Notes under the pieces: model-generated
What the model was told of the DNA's origin: nothing
Databases searched by the model: none
What the model saw: the letters and a program-made list of their open reading frames with translations, nothing else
Shown: positions 14,501-29,620 of the stretch, piece by piece
Layout of the letters: each line of letters opens with the position of its first letter
Position numbering within the stretch: position 1 is the first letter of the stretch
From: Eledone cirrhosa
Lineage: Eukaryota
Direction of reading: 5' to 3'
Assembly: GCA_964016885.1 (NCBI GenBank)
Contig: OZ024744.1
Span: 19,468,001 to 19,532,000, forward strand
Length of the DNA stretch: 64,000 nt
Position numbers and translations under genes: made by a program

Positions 14501-16230
14501 GATTTTAGAATAAAGAAATTTATAGCTTGATAGTGGGGTTTATAACCCTCGGAGAAATGGAAAAGGATGAGTGTTGCCATACATGGGAGTCGAACCCACA
14601 TATTTGTTTATCCAGACCACTGTGCTACCATTACACCAATACACATCCCATCTCCTTCCATTCGAATTAGAAGCTATGAACTTAGCAAGTGAATGATAAA
14701 CAAGCAAATTATAAACGTAAACATGTAAGTATGTTTTTGAAACGGTGCGCTCGTTTGAAATTAGAAATTAGAAATTATAAGCTTTCACCGGATTTTAGAC
14801 TAAAGACATGTATAGCTTGATAGTGGGGTTCATAACCCTCGGAGAAATGGAAAAAGATGAGTGTTGCCATACACGGGTGCCGAACCGATATATTTCATTA
14901 TCCAGACCACTGTGATACCATTACACCAATACACATCCCATCTCCTTCCATTCGAATTAGAAGCTATGAACTTAGCAAGTGAATGATAAACGAGAAAATT
15001 ATATACGTAAACATGTAAGTATGTTTTTGAAACGGTGCGCGAGTTTGAAACTAGAAATTAGAAATTAGAAATTATAAGCCTTCACCGGATTTTAGAATAA
15101 AGAAATTTATAACTTGATAGTGGGGTTTATAACCCTCGGAGAAATGGAAAAAGATGAGTGCTGCCATACATGGGAGTCGAACCCACATATTTGGTTATCC
15201 AGACCACTGTGCTACCATTACACCAATACACATCCCATCTCCTTCCATTCGAATTAGAAGCTATGAACTTAGCAAGTGAATGATAAACAAGCAAATTATA
15301 AACGTAAACATGTAAGTATGTTTTTGAAACGGTGCGCTCGTTTGAAATTAGAAATTAGAAATTATAAGCTTTCACCGTATTTTAGACTAAAGAAATTTAT
15401 AGCTTGATAGTGGGGATTATAACCCTCGGAGAAATGGAAAAAGATGAGTGTTGCCATACATGGGAGTCGAACCCACATATTTGGTTATCCAGACCATTGT
15501 GCTACCATTACACCAATACACATCCCATCTCCTTCCTTTCGAATTAGAAGCTATGAACTTAGCAAGTGAATGATAAACAAGCAAATTATAAACGTAAACA
15601 TGTAAGTATGTATTTGAAACGGTGCGCTCGTTTGAAATTAGAAATTAGAAATTATAAGCTCTCACCGTATTTTAGAATTAAGAAATTTATAGCTTGATAG
15701 TGGGGTTTATAACCCTCGGAGAAATGGAAAAAAGATGAGTGTTGCCATACATGGGAGTCGAACCCACGTATTTGGTTATCCAGACCACTGTGCTACCATT
15801 ACACCAATACACATCCCAACTCCTGGCATTCGAATTAGAAGCTATGTACTTAGCAAGTGAATGATAATCAAGCAAATTATAAACGTAAACATGTATGTTT
15901 TTGAAACGGTGCGCGAGTTTGAAATTAGAAATTAGAAATTATAAGCTTTCACCGTATTTTAGAATAATGAAATTTATAGCTTGATAGTGGGGTTTATAAC
16001 CCTCGGAGAAATGTAAAAAGATGAGTGTTGCCATACATGGGAGTCGAACCCACATATTTGTTATCCAGACCACTGTGCTACCATTACACCAATACACATC
16101 CCATCTCCTTCCATTCGAATTAGAAGCTATGAACTTAGCAAGCGAATGATAAACAAGCAAATTATAAACGTAAACATGTAAGTATGTTTTTGAAACGGTG
16201 CGCTCGTTTGAAACTAGAAATTAGAAATTA
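11521..16230. repeat. 8-monomer higher-order duplication (period 2320 bp)
   Basis: The 10-bp deletion occurs at 11891/14211 and CGCGATTTTG at 11561/13881. ORF pairs 13367/15687 and 13619/15939 are also offset by 2320. Confidence 0.93.
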
Positions 16231-16510
16231 TAATCTTTCACCGTATTTTAGACTAAAGAAATTTATAGCTTGATAGTGGGGATTATAACCCTTGGAGAAA
16301 TGGAAAAAGATGAGTGTTGCCTTACATGGGATTCGAACCCACATCTTTGGTTATCCAGACCACTGTCCTACCATTAGACCAATACACATCCCATCTACTT
16401 CCATTCGAATTAGAAGCTATGAACTTAGCAAGTGAATGATAAACAAGCAAATTATAAACGTAAACATGTAAGTATGTTTTTGAAACGGTGCGCGAGTTTG
16501 AAACTAGAAA

Positions 16511-19500
16511 TTAGAAATTAGAAATTATAAGCTTTCACCGGATTTTAGACTAAAGACATGTATAGCTTGATAGTGGGGTTTATAACTCTCGGAGAAATGG
16601 AAAAAGATGAGTGTTGCCATACATGTGTGCCGAACCGATATATTTCATTATCCAGACCACTGTGATACCATTACACCAATACACATCCCATCTCCTTCCA
16701 TTCGAATTAGAAGCTATGAACTTAGCAAGTGAATGATAAACAAGCAAATTATGAACGTAAACATGTAAGTATGTTTTTGAAACGGTGCGCGAGTTTGAAA
16801 TTAGAAATTAGAAATTATAAGCTTTCACCGGATTTTAGACTAAAGAAATGTATAGCTTGATAGTGGGGTTTATAACCCTAGGAGAAATGGAAAAAGATGA
16901 GTGTTGCCATACCTCGGAGTCGAACCCAAATATTTTGTTATCCAGACCACTGTGCTACCATTACACCAATACACATCCCATCTCCTTCCATTCGAATTAG
17001 AAGCTATGAACTTAGCAAGTGAATGATAAACAAGCAAATTATAAACGTAAACATGTAAGTAAGTTTTTGAAACGGTGCGCTCGTTTGAAATTAGAAATTA
17101 GAAATTATAAGCTTTCACCGTATTTTAGAATAAAGAAATCTATAGCTTGATAGTGGGGTTTATAACGCTCGGAGAAATGGCAAAAGATGAGTGTTGCCAT
17201 ACATGGGAGTCGAACCCACATATTTGTTATCCAGACCACTGTGCTACCATTACACCAATACACATCCCATCTCCTTCCATTCGAATTAGAAGCTATGAAC
17301 TTAGCAAGTGAATGATAAACAAGCAAATTATAAACGTAAACATGTAAGTATATGTTTGAAACGGTGCGCTCGTTTGAAATTAGAAATTAGAAATTATAAG
17401 CTTTCACCGTATTTTAGACTAAAGAAATTTATAGCTTGATAGTGGGGATTATAACCCTCGGAGAAATGGAAAAAGATGAGTGTTGCCATACATGGGAGTC
17501 GAACCCACATCTTTGGTTATCCAGACCACTGTGCTACCATTACACTAATACACATCCCATCTCCTGGCATTCGAATTAGAAGCTATGTACTTAGCAAGTG
17601 AATGATAAAAAAGCAAATTATAAACGTAAACATGTAAGTATGTTCTTGAAACGGTGCGCGAGTTTGAAACTATAAATTAGAAATTAGAAATTATAAGCTT
17701 TCACCGGATTTTAGACTAAAGACATGTTTAGCTTGATAGTGGGGTTTATAACTCTCGGAGAAATGGAAAAAGATGAGTGTTGCCATACATGTGTGCCGAA
17801 CCGATATATTTCATTATCCAGACCACTGTGATACCATTACACCAATACACATCCCATCTCCTTCCATTCGAATTAGAAGCTATGAACTTTGCAAGTGAAT
17901 GATAAACAAGCAAATTATGAACGTAAACATGTAAGTATGTTTTTGAAACGGTGCGCGAGTTTGAAATTAGAAATTAGAAATTATAAGCTTTCACCGGATT
18001 TTAGACTAAAGAAATGTATAGCTTGATAGTGGGGTTTATAACCCTAGGAGAAATGGAAAAAGATGAGTGTTGCCATACCTCGGAGTCGAACCCAAATATT
18101 TTGTTATCCAGACCACTGTGCTACCATTACACCAATACACATCCCATCTCCTTCCATTCGAATTAGAAGCTATGAACTTAGCAAGTGAATGATAAACAAG
18201 CAAATTATAAACGTAAACATGTAAGTATATTTTTGAAACGGTGCGCGAGTTTGAAATTAGAAATTAGAAATTAGAAATTATAAGCCTTCACCGGATTATA
18301 GAAAAAAGAAATTTATAGCTTGATAGTGGGGATTATAACCCTTTGAGAAATGGAAGAAGATGAGTGTTGCCTTACATGGGATTCGAACCCACATCTTTGG
18401 TTATCCAGACCACTGTCCTACCATTAGACCAATACACATCCCATCTCCTTCCATTCGAATTAGAAGCTATGAACTTAGCAAGTGAATGATAAACAAGCAA
18501 ATTATAAACGTAAACATGTATGTATGTGTTTGAAACGGTGCGCTCGTTTGAAATTAGAAATTAGAAATTATAAGCTTTCACCGGATTTTAGACTAAAGAA
18601 ATTTATAGCTTGATAGTGGGGATTATAACCCTCGGAGAAATGGAAAAAGATGAGTGTTGCCATACATGGGAGTCGAACCCACATCTTTGGTTATCCAGAC
18701 CACTGTCCTACCATTAGACCAATACACATCCCATCTCCTTCCATTCGAATTAGAAGCTATGAACTTAGCAAGTGAATGATAAACAAGCAAATTATAAACG
18801 TAAACATGTAAGTATGTATTTGAAACGGTGCGCTCGTTTGAAATTAGAAATTAGAAATTATAAGCTCTCACCGTATTTTAGAATTAAGAAATTTATAGCT
18901 TGATAGTGGGGTTTATAACCCTCGGAGAAATGGAAAAAAGATGAGTGTTGCCATACATGGGAGTCGAACCCACGTATTTGGTTATCCAGACCACTGTGCT
19001 ACCATTACACCAATACACATCCCATCTCCTGGCATTCGAATTAGAAGCTATGTACTTAGCAAGTGAATGATAAACAAGCAAATTATAAACGTAAACATGT
19101 AAGTATGTTTTTGAAACGGTGCGCGAGTTTGAAATTAGAAATTAGAAATTATAAGCTTTCACCGTATTTTAGAATAAAGAAATTTATAGCTTGATAGTGG
19201 GGTTTATAACCCTCAGAGAAATGGAAAAAGATGAGTGTTGCCATACATGGGAGTCGAACCCACATATTTGTTATCCAGACCACTGTGCTACCATTACACC
19301 AATACACATCCCATCTCCTTCCATTCGAATTAGAAGCTATGAACTTAGCAAGTGAATGATAAACAAGCAAATTATAAACTTAAACATGTAAGTATGTTTT
19401 TGAAACGGTGCGCGAGTTTGAAACTAGAAATTAGAAATTAGAAATTATAAGCCTTCACCGGATTTTAGAACAAAGAAATTTATAGCTTGATAGTGGGGTT

Positions 19501-22500
19501 TATAACCCTCGGAGAAATGGAAAAAGATGAGTGCTGCCATACATGGGAGTCGAACCCACATATTTGGTTATCCAGACCACTGTGCTACCATTACACCAAT
19601 ACACATCCCATCTCCTTCCATTCGAATTAGAAGCTATGAACTTAGCATGTGAATGATAAACAAGCAAATTATAAACGTAAACATGTAAGTATGTTTTTGA
19701 AACTGTGCGCGAGTTTGAAATTAGAAATTAGAAATTATAAGCTTTCACCGGATTTTAGACTAAAGACATGTATAGCTTGATAGTGGGGTTTATAACTCTC
19801 GGAGAAATGGAAAAAGATGAGTGTTGCCATACATGTGTGCCGAACCGATATATTTCATTATCCAGACCACTGTGATACCATTACACCAATACACATCCCA
19901 TCTCCTTCCATTCGAATTAGAAGCTATGAACTTAGCAAGTGAATGATAAACAAGCAAATTATGAACGTAAACATGTAAGTATGTTTTTGAAACGGTGCGC
20001 GAGTTTGAAATTAGAAATTAGAAATTATAAGCTTTCACCGGATTTTAGACTAAAGAAATGTATAGCTTGATAGTGGGGTTTATAACCCTAGGAGAAATGG
20101 AAAAAGATGAGTGTTGCCATACCTCGGAGTCGAACCCAAATATTTTGTTATCCAGACCACTGTGCTACCATTACACCAATACACATCCCATCTCCTTCCA
20201 TTCGAATTAGAAGCTATGAACTTAGCAAGTGAATGATAAACAAGCAAATTATAAACGTAAACATGTAAGTAAGTTTTTGAAACGGTGCGCTCGTTTGAAA
20301 TTAGAAATTAGAAATTATAAGCTTTCACCGTATTTTAGAATAAAGAAATCTATAGCTTGATAGTGGGGTTTATAACGCTCGGAGAAATGGCAAAAGATGA
20401 GTGTTGCCATACATGGGAGTCGAACCCACATATTTGTTATCCAGACCACTGTGCTACCATTACACCAATACACATCCCATCTCCTTCCATTCGAATTAGA
20501 AGCTATGAACTTAGCAAGTGAATGATAAACAAGCAAATTATAAACGTAAACATGTAAGTATATGTTTGAAACGGTGCGCTCGTTTGAAATTAGAAATTAG
20601 AAATTATAAGCTTTCACCGTATTTTAGACTAAAGAAATTTATAGCTTGATAGTGGGGATTATAACCCTCGGAGAAATGGAAAAAGATGAGTGTTGCCATA
20701 CATGGGAGTCGAACCCACATCTTTGGTTATCCAGACCACTGTGCTACCATTACACTAATACACATCCCATCTCCTGGCATTCGAATTAGAAGCTATGTAC
20801 TTAGCAAGTGAATGATAAAAAAGCAAATTATAAACGTAAACATGTAAGTATGTTCTTGAAACGGTGCGCGAGTTTGAAACTATAAATTAGAAATTAGAAA
20901 TTATAAGCTTTCACCGGATTTTAGACTAAAGACATGTTTAGCTTGATAGTGGGGTTTATAACTCTCGGAGAAATGGAAAAAGATGAGTGTTGCCATACAT
21001 GTGTGCCGAACCGATATATTTCATTATCCAGACCACTGTGATACCATTACACCAATACACATCCCATCTCCTTCCATTCGAATTAGAAGCTATGAACTTT
21101 GCAAGTGAATGATAAACAAGCAAATTATGAACGTAAACATGTAAGTATGTTTTTGAAACGGTGCGCGAGTTTGAAATTAGAAATTAGAAATTATAAGCTT
21201 TCACCGGATTTTAGACTAAAGAAATGTATAGCTTGATAGTGGGGTTTATAACCCTAGGAGAAATGGAAAAAGATGAGTGTTGCCATACCTCGGAGTCGAA
21301 CCCAAATATTTTGTTATCCAGACCACTGTGCTACCATTACACCAATACACATCCCATCTCCTTCCATTCGAATTAGAAGCTATGAACTTAGCAAGTGAAT
21401 GATAAACAAGCAAATTATAAACGTAAACATGTAAGTATATTTTTGAAACGGTGCGCGAGTTTGAAATTAGAAATTAGAAATTAGAAATTATAAGCCTTCA
21501 CCGGATTATAGAATAAAGAAATTTATAGCTTGATAGTGGGGATTATAACCCTTTGAGAAATGGAAGAAGATGAGTGTTGCCTTACATGGGATTCGAACCC
21601 ACATCTTTGGTTATCCAGACCACTGTCCTACCATTAGACCAATACACATCCCATCTCCTTCCATTCGAATTAGAAGCTATGAACTTAGCAAGTGAATGAT
21701 AAACAAGCAAATTATAAACGTAAACATGTATGTATGTGTTTGAAACGGTGCGCTCGTTTGAAATTAGAAATTAGAAATTATAAGCTTTCACCGGATTTTA
21801 GACTAAAGAAATTTATAGCTTGATAGTGGGGATTATAACCCTCGGAGAAATGGAAAAAGATGAGTGTTGCCATACATGGGAGTCGAACCCACATCTTTGG
21901 TTATCCAGACCACTGTCCTACCATTAGACCAATACACATCCCATCTCCTTCCATTCGAATTAGAAGCTATGAACTTAGCAAGTGAATGATAAACAAGCAA
22001 ATTATAAACGTAAACATGTAAGTATGTATTTGAAACGGTGCGCTCGTTTGAAATTAGAAATTAGAAATTATAAGCTCTCACCGTATTTTAGAATTAAGAA
22101 ATTTATAGCTTGATAGTGGGGTTTATAACCCTCGGAGAAATGGAAAAAAGATGAGTGTTGCCATACATGGGAGTCGAACCCACGTATTTGGTTATCCAGA
22201 CCACTGTGCTACCATTACACCAATACACATCCCATCTCCTGGCATTCGAATTAGAAGCTATGTACTTAGCAAGTGAATGATAAACAAGCAAATTATAAAC
22301 GTAAACATGTAAGTATGTTTTTGAAACGGTGCGCGAGTTTGAAATTAGAAATTAGAAATTATAAGCTTTCACCGTATTTTAGAATAAAGAAATTTATAGC
22401 TTGATAGTGGGGTTTATAACCCTCAGAGAAATGGAAAAAGATGAGTGTTGCCATACATGGGAGTCGAACCCACATATTTGTTATCCAGACCACTGTGCTA

Positions 22501-25500
22501 CCATTACACCAATACACATCCCATCTCCTTCCATTCGAATTAGAAGCTATGAACTTAGCAAGTGAATGATAAACAAGCAAATTATAAACTTAAACATGTA
22601 AGTATGTTTTTGAAACGGTGCGCGAGTTTGAAACTAGAAATTAGAAATTATAAGCCTTCACCGGATTTTAGAACAAAGAAATTTATAGCTTGATAGTGGG
22701 GTTTATAACCCTCGGAGAAATGGAAAAAGATGAGTGCTGCCATACATGGGAGTCGAACCCACATATTTGGTTATCCAGACCACTGTGCTACCATTACACC
22801 AATACACATCCCATCTCCTTCCATTCGAATTAGAAGCTATGAACTTAGCATGTGAATGATAAACAAGCAAATTATAAACGTAAACATGTAAGTATGTTTT
22901 TGAAACTGTGCGCGAGTTTGAAATTAGAAATTAGAAATTATAAGCTTTCACCGGATTTTAGACTAAAGACATGTATAGCTTGATAGTGGGGTTTATAACT
23001 CTCGGAGAAATGGAAAAAGATGAGTGTTGCCATACATGTGTGCCGAACCGATATATTTCATTATCCAGACCACTGTGATACCATTACACCAATACACATC
23101 CCATCTCCTTCCATTCGAATTAGAAGCTATGAACTTAGCAAGTGAATGATAAACAAGCAAATTATGAACGTAAACATGTAAGTATGTTTTTGAAACGGTG
23201 CGCGAGTTTGAAATTAGAAATTAGAAATTATAAGCTTTCACCGGATTTTAGACTAAAGAAATGTATAGCTTGATAGTGGGGTTTATAACCCTAGGAGAAA
23301 TGGAAAAAGATGAGTGTTGCCATACCTCGGAGTCGAACCCAAATATTTTGTTATCCAGACCACTGTGCTACCATTACACCAATACACATCCCATCTCCTT
23401 CCATTCGAATTAGAAGCTATGAACTTAGCAAGTGAATGATAAACAAGCAAATTATAAACGTAAACATGTAAGTAAGTTTTTGAAACGGTGCGCTCGTTTG
23501 AAATTAGAAATTAGAAATTATAAGCTTTCACCGTATTTTAGAATAAAGAAATTTATAGCTTGATAGTGGGGTTTATAACGCTCGGAGAAATGGCAAAAGA
23601 TGAGTGTTGCCATACATGGGAGTCGAACCCACATATTTGTTATCCAGACCACTGTGCTACCATTACACCAATACACATCCCATCTCCTTCCATTCGAATT
23701 AGAAGCTATGAACTTAGCAAGTGAATGATAAACAAGCAAATTATAAACGTAAACATGTAAGTATATGTTTGAAACGGTGCGCTCGTTTGAAATTAGAAAT
23801 TAGAAATTATAAGCTTTCACCGTATTTTAGACTAAAGAAATTTATAGCTTGATAGTGGGGATTATAACCCTCGGAGAAATGGAAAAAGATGAGTGTTGCC
23901 ATACATGGGAGTCGAACCCACATCTTTGGTTATCCAGACCACTGTGCTACCATTACACTAATACACATCCCATCTCCTGGCATTCGAATTAGAAGCTATG
24001 TACTTAGCAAGTGAATGATAAACAAGCAAATTATAAACGTAAACATGTAAGTATGTTTTTGAAACGGTGCGCGAGTTTGAAACTATAAATTAGAAATTAG
24101 AAATTATAAGCTTTCACCGGATTTTAGACTAAAGACATGTTTAGCTTGATAGTGGGGTTTATAACTCTCGGAGAAATGGAAAAAGATGAGTGTTGCCATA
24201 CATGTGTGCCGAACCGATATATTTCATTATCCAGACCACTGTGATACCATTACACCAATACACATCCCATCTCCTTCCATTCGAATTAGTAGCTATGAAC
24301 TTAGCAAGTGAATGATAAACAAGCAAATTATGAACGTAAACATGTAAGTATGTTTTTGAAACGGTGCGCGAGTTTGAAATTAGAAATTAGAAATTATAAG
24401 CTTTCACCGGATTTTAGACTAAGGAAATGTATAGCTTGATAGTGGGGTTTATAACCCTAGGAGAAATGGAAAAAGATGAGTGTTGCCATACCTCGGAGTC
24501 GAACCCAAATATTTTGTTATCCAGACCACTGTGCTACCATTACACCAATACACATCCCATCTCCTTCCATTCGAATTAGAAGCTATGAACTTAGCAAGTG
24601 AATGATAAACAAGCAAATTATAAACGTAAACATGTAAGTAAGTTTTTGAAACGGTGCGCTCGTTTGAAATTAGAAATTAGAAATTATAAGCTTTCACCGT
24701 ATTTTAGAATAAAGAAATTTATAGCTTGATAGTGGGGTTTATAACGCTCGGAGAAATGGAAAAAGATGAGTGTTGCCATACATGGGAGTCGAACCGACAT
24801 ATTTGTTATCCAGACCACTGTGCTACCATTACACCAATACACATCCCATCTCCTTCCATTCGAATTAGAAGCTATGAACTTAGCAAGTGAATGATAAACA
24901 AGCAAATTATAAACGTAAACATGTAAGTATGTTTTTGAAACGGTGCGCGAGTTTGAAATTAGAAATTAGAAATTATAATCTTTCACCGTATTTTAGACTA
25001 AAGAAATGTATAGCTTGATAGTGGGGATTATAACCCTTGGAGAAATGGAAAAAGATGAGTGTTGCCTTACATGGGATTCGAACCCACATCTTTGGTTATC
25101 CAGACCACTGTCCTACCATTAGACCAATACACATCCCATCTCCTTCCATTCGAATTAGAAGCTATGAACTTAGCAAGTGAATGATAAACAAGCAAATTAT
25201 AAACGTAAACATGTAAGTATATTTTTGAAACGGTGCGCGAGTTTGAAATTAGAAATTAGAAATTAGAAATTATAAGCCTTCACCGGATTATAGAATAAAG
25301 AAATTTATAGCTTGATAGTGGGGATTATAACCCTTTGAGAAATGGAAGAAGATGAGTGTTGCCTTACATGGGATTCGAACCCACATCTTTGGTTATCCAG
25401 ACCACTGTCCTACCATTAGACCAATACACATCCCATCTCCTTCCATTCGAATTAGAAGCTATGAACTTAGCAAGTGAATGATAAACAAGCAAATTATAAA

Positions 25501-26750
25501 CGTAAACATGTATGTATGTGTTTGAAACGGTGCGCTCGTTTGAAATTAGAAATTAGAAATTATAAGCTTTCACCGGATTTTAGACTAAAGAAATTTATAG
25601 CTTGATAGTGGGGATTATAACCCTCGGAGAAATGGAAAAAGATGAGTGTTGCCATACATGGGAGTCGAACCCACATCTTTGGTTATCCAGACCACTGTCC
25701 TACCATTAGACCAATACACATCCCATCTCCTTCCATTCGAATTAGAAGCTATGAACTTAGCAAGTGAATGATAAACAAGCAAATTATAAACGTAAACATG
25801 TAAGTATGTATTTGAAACGGTGCGCTCGTTTGAAATTAGAAATTAGAAATTATAAGCTCTCACCGTATTTTAGAATTAAGAAATTTATAGCTTGATAGTG
25901 GGGTTTATAACCCTCGGAGAAATGGAAAAAAGATGAGTGTTGCCATACATGGGAGTCGAACCCACGTATTTGGTTATCCAGACCACTGTGCTACCATTAC
26001 ACCAATACACATCCCATCTCCTGGCATTCGAATTAGAAGCTATGTACTTAGCAAGTGAATGATAAACAAGCAAATTATAAACGTAAACATGTAAGTATGT
26101 TTTTGAAACGGTGCGCGAGTTTGAAATTAGAAATTAGAAATTATAAGCTTTCACCGTATTTTAGAATAAAGAAATTTATAGCTTGATAGTGGGGTTTATA
26201 ACCCTCAGAGAAATGGAAAAAGATGAGTGTTGCCATACATGGGAGTCGAACCCACATATTTGTTATCCAGACCACTGTGCTACCATTACACCAATACACA
26301 TCCCATCTCCTTCCATTCGAATTAGAAGCTATGAACTTAGCAAGTGAATGATAAACAAGCAAATTATAAACTTAAACATGTAAGTATGTTTTTGAAACGG
26401 TGCGCGAGTTTGAAACTAGAAATTAGAAATTAGAAATTATAAGCCTTCACCGGATTTTAGAACAAAGAAATTTATAGCTTGATAGTGGGGTTTATAACCC
26501 TCGGAGAAATGGAAAAAGATGAGTGCTGCCATACATGGGAGTCGAACCCACATATTTGGTTATCCAGACCACTGTGCTACCATTACACCAATACACATCC
26601 CATCTCCTTCCATTCGAATTAGAAGCTATGAACTTAGCATGTGAATGATAAACAAGCAAATTATAAACGTAAACATGTAAGTATGTTTTTGAAACTGTGC
26701 GCGAGTTTGAAATTAGAAATTAGAAATTATAAGCTTTCACCGGATTTTAG
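16511..26750. repeat. 11-monomer higher-order repeat (3210/3203 bp), about 3 copies, the last expanded to 13 monomers (3782 bp)
   Basis: ORF offsets: 17105->20315, 18893->22103 and 19149->22359 are each 3210; 20315->23518 is 3203; 22103->25885 is 3782. Shared private variants include GGCAAAAG and GGAAGAAG. Confidence 0.9.
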
Positions 26751-29620
26751 ACTAAAGAAATGTATAGCTTGATAGTGGGGTTTATAACCCTAGGAGAAAT
26801 GGAAAAAGATGAGTGTTGCCATACCTGGGAGTCGAACCCACATCTTTGGTTATCCAGATCACTGTGCTACCATTACACCAATACACATCCCATCTCCTTC
26901 CATTCGAATTAGAAGCTACGATGTTAGCAAGTGAATGATAAACAAGCAAATTATAAACGTACTCATGTCAGTTTTTTTTTGAAACGGTGCGCGAGTTTGA
27001 AATTAGAAATTAGAAATTATAAGCTTTCACCGGATTTTAGACTAAAGACATGTATAGCTTGATAGTGGGGTTTATAACCCTCGGAGAAATGGAAAAAGAT
27101 GAGTGTTGCCATACATGTGTGCCGAACCGATATATTTCATTATCCAGACCACTGTGATACCATTACACCAATACACATCCCATCTCCTTCCATTCGAATT
27201 AGAAGCTATGCACTTAGCAAGTGAATGATAAACAAGCAAATTATGAACGTAAACATGTAAGTATGTTTTTGAAACGGTGCGCGAGTTTGAAATTAGAAAT
27301 TAGAAATTATAAGCTTTCACCGGATTTTAGACTAAAGAAATGTATAGCTTGATAGTGGGGTTTATAACCCTAGGAGAAATGGAAAAAGATGAGTGTTGCC
27401 ATACCTCGGAGTCGAACCCAAATATTTTGTTATCCAGACCACTGTGCTACCATTACACCAATACACATCCCATCTCCTTCCATTCGAATTAAAAGCTATG
27501 AACTTAGCAAGTGAATGATAAACAAGCAAATTATAAACGTAAACATGTAAGTAAGTTTTTGAAACGGTGCGCTCGTTTGAAATTAGAAATTAGAAATTAT
27601 AAGCTTTCACCGTATTTTAGAATAAAGAAATTTATAGCTTGATAGTGGGGTTTATAACCCTCGGAGAAATGGAAAAAGATGAGTGTTGCCATACATGGGA
27701 GTCGAACCCACATATTTGTTATCCAGACCACTGTGCTACCATTACACCAATACACATCCCATCTCCTTCCATTCGAATTAGAAGCTATGAACTTAGCAAG
27801 TGAATGATAAACAAGCAAATTATAAACGTAAACATGTAAGTATGTTTTTGAAACGGTGCGCGAGTTTGAAATTAGAAATTAGAAATTATAAGCTTTCACC
27901 GTATTTTAGACTAAAGAAATTTATAGCTTGATAGTGGGGATTATAACCCTCGGAGAAATGGAAAAAGATGAGTGTTGCCATACCTGGGAGTCGAACCCAC
28001 ATATTTTGTTATCCAGACCACTTTGCTACCATTACACCAATACACATCCCATCTCCTTCCATTCGAATTAGAAGCTATGAACTTAGCAAGTGAATGATAA
28101 ACAAGCAAATTATAAACGTAAACATGTAAGTATGTTTTTGAAACGGCGCGCGAGTTTGAAATTAGAAATTAGAAATTATAAGCTTTCACCGGATTTTAGA
28201 CTAAAGAAATGTATAGCTTGATAGTGGGGTTTATAACCCTAGGAGAAATGGAAAAAGATGAGTGTTGCCATACCTGGGAGTCGAACCCACATCTTTGGTT
28301 ATCCAGACCACTGTGCTACCATTACACCAATACACATCCCATCTCCTTCCATTCGAATTAGAAGCTACGATGTTAGCAAGTGAATGATAAACAAGCAAAT
28401 TATAAACGTACTCATGTCAGTTTTTTTTTGAAACGGTGCGCGAGTTTGAAATTAGAAATTAGAAATTATAAGCTTTCACCGGATTTTAGACTAAAGACAT
28501 GTATAGCTTGATAGTGGGGTTTATAACCCTCGGAGAAATGGAAAAAGATGAGTGTTGCCATACATGTGTGCCGAACCGATATATTTCATTATCCAGACCA
28601 CTGTGATACCATTACACCAATACACATCCCATCTCCTTCCATTCGAATTAGAAGCTATGAACTTAGCAAGTGAATGATAAACAAGCAAATTATGAACGTA
28701 AACATGTAAGTATGTTTTTGAAACGGTGCGCGAGTTTGAAATTAGAAATTAGAAATTATAAGCTTTCACCGGATTTTAGACTAAAGAAATGTATAGCTTG
28801 ATAGTGGGGTTTATAACCCTAGGAGAAATGGAAAAAGATGAGTGTTGCCATACCTCGGAGTCGAACCCAAATATTTTGTTATCCAGACCACTGTGCTACC
28901 ATTACACCAATACACATCCCATCTCCTTCCATTCGAATTAGAAGCTATGAACTTAGCAAGTGAATGATAAACAAGCAAATTATAAACGTAAACATGTAAG
29001 TAAGTTTTTGAAACGGTGCGCTCGTTTGAAATTAGAAATTAGAAATTATAAGCTTTCACCGTATTTTAGAATAAAGAAATTTATAGCTTGATAGTGGGGT
29101 TTATAACCCTCGGAGAAATGGAAAAAGATGAGTGTTGCCATACATGGGAGTCGAACCCACATATTTGTTATCCAGACCACTGTGCTACCATTACACCAAT
29201 ACACATCCCATCTCCTTCCATTCGAATTAGAAGCTATGAACTTAGCAAGTGAATGATAAACAAGCAAATTATAAACGTAAACATGTAAGTATGTTTTTGA
29301 AACGGTGCGCGAGTTTGAAATTAGAAATTAGAAATTATAAGCTTTCACCGTATTTTAGACTAAAGAAATTTATAGCTTGATAGTGGGGATTATAACCCTC
29401 GGAGAAATGGAAAAAGATGAGTGTTGCCATACCTGGGAGTCGAACCCACATATTTTGTTATCCAGACCACTTTGCTACCATTACACCAATACACATCCCA
29501 TCTCCTTCCATTCGAATTAGAAGCTATGAACTTAGCAAGTGAATGATAAACAAGCAAATTATAAACGTAAACATGTAAGTATGTTTTTGAAACGGCGCGC
29601 GAGTTTGAAATTAGAAATTA
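26700..29620. repeat. 5-monomer higher-order duplication (period 1449 bp)
   Basis: 27597->29046 is 1449. ACTCATGTCAG(T)9 occurs at 26961/28410 and AAACGGCGCG at 28141/29590. Confidence 0.88.
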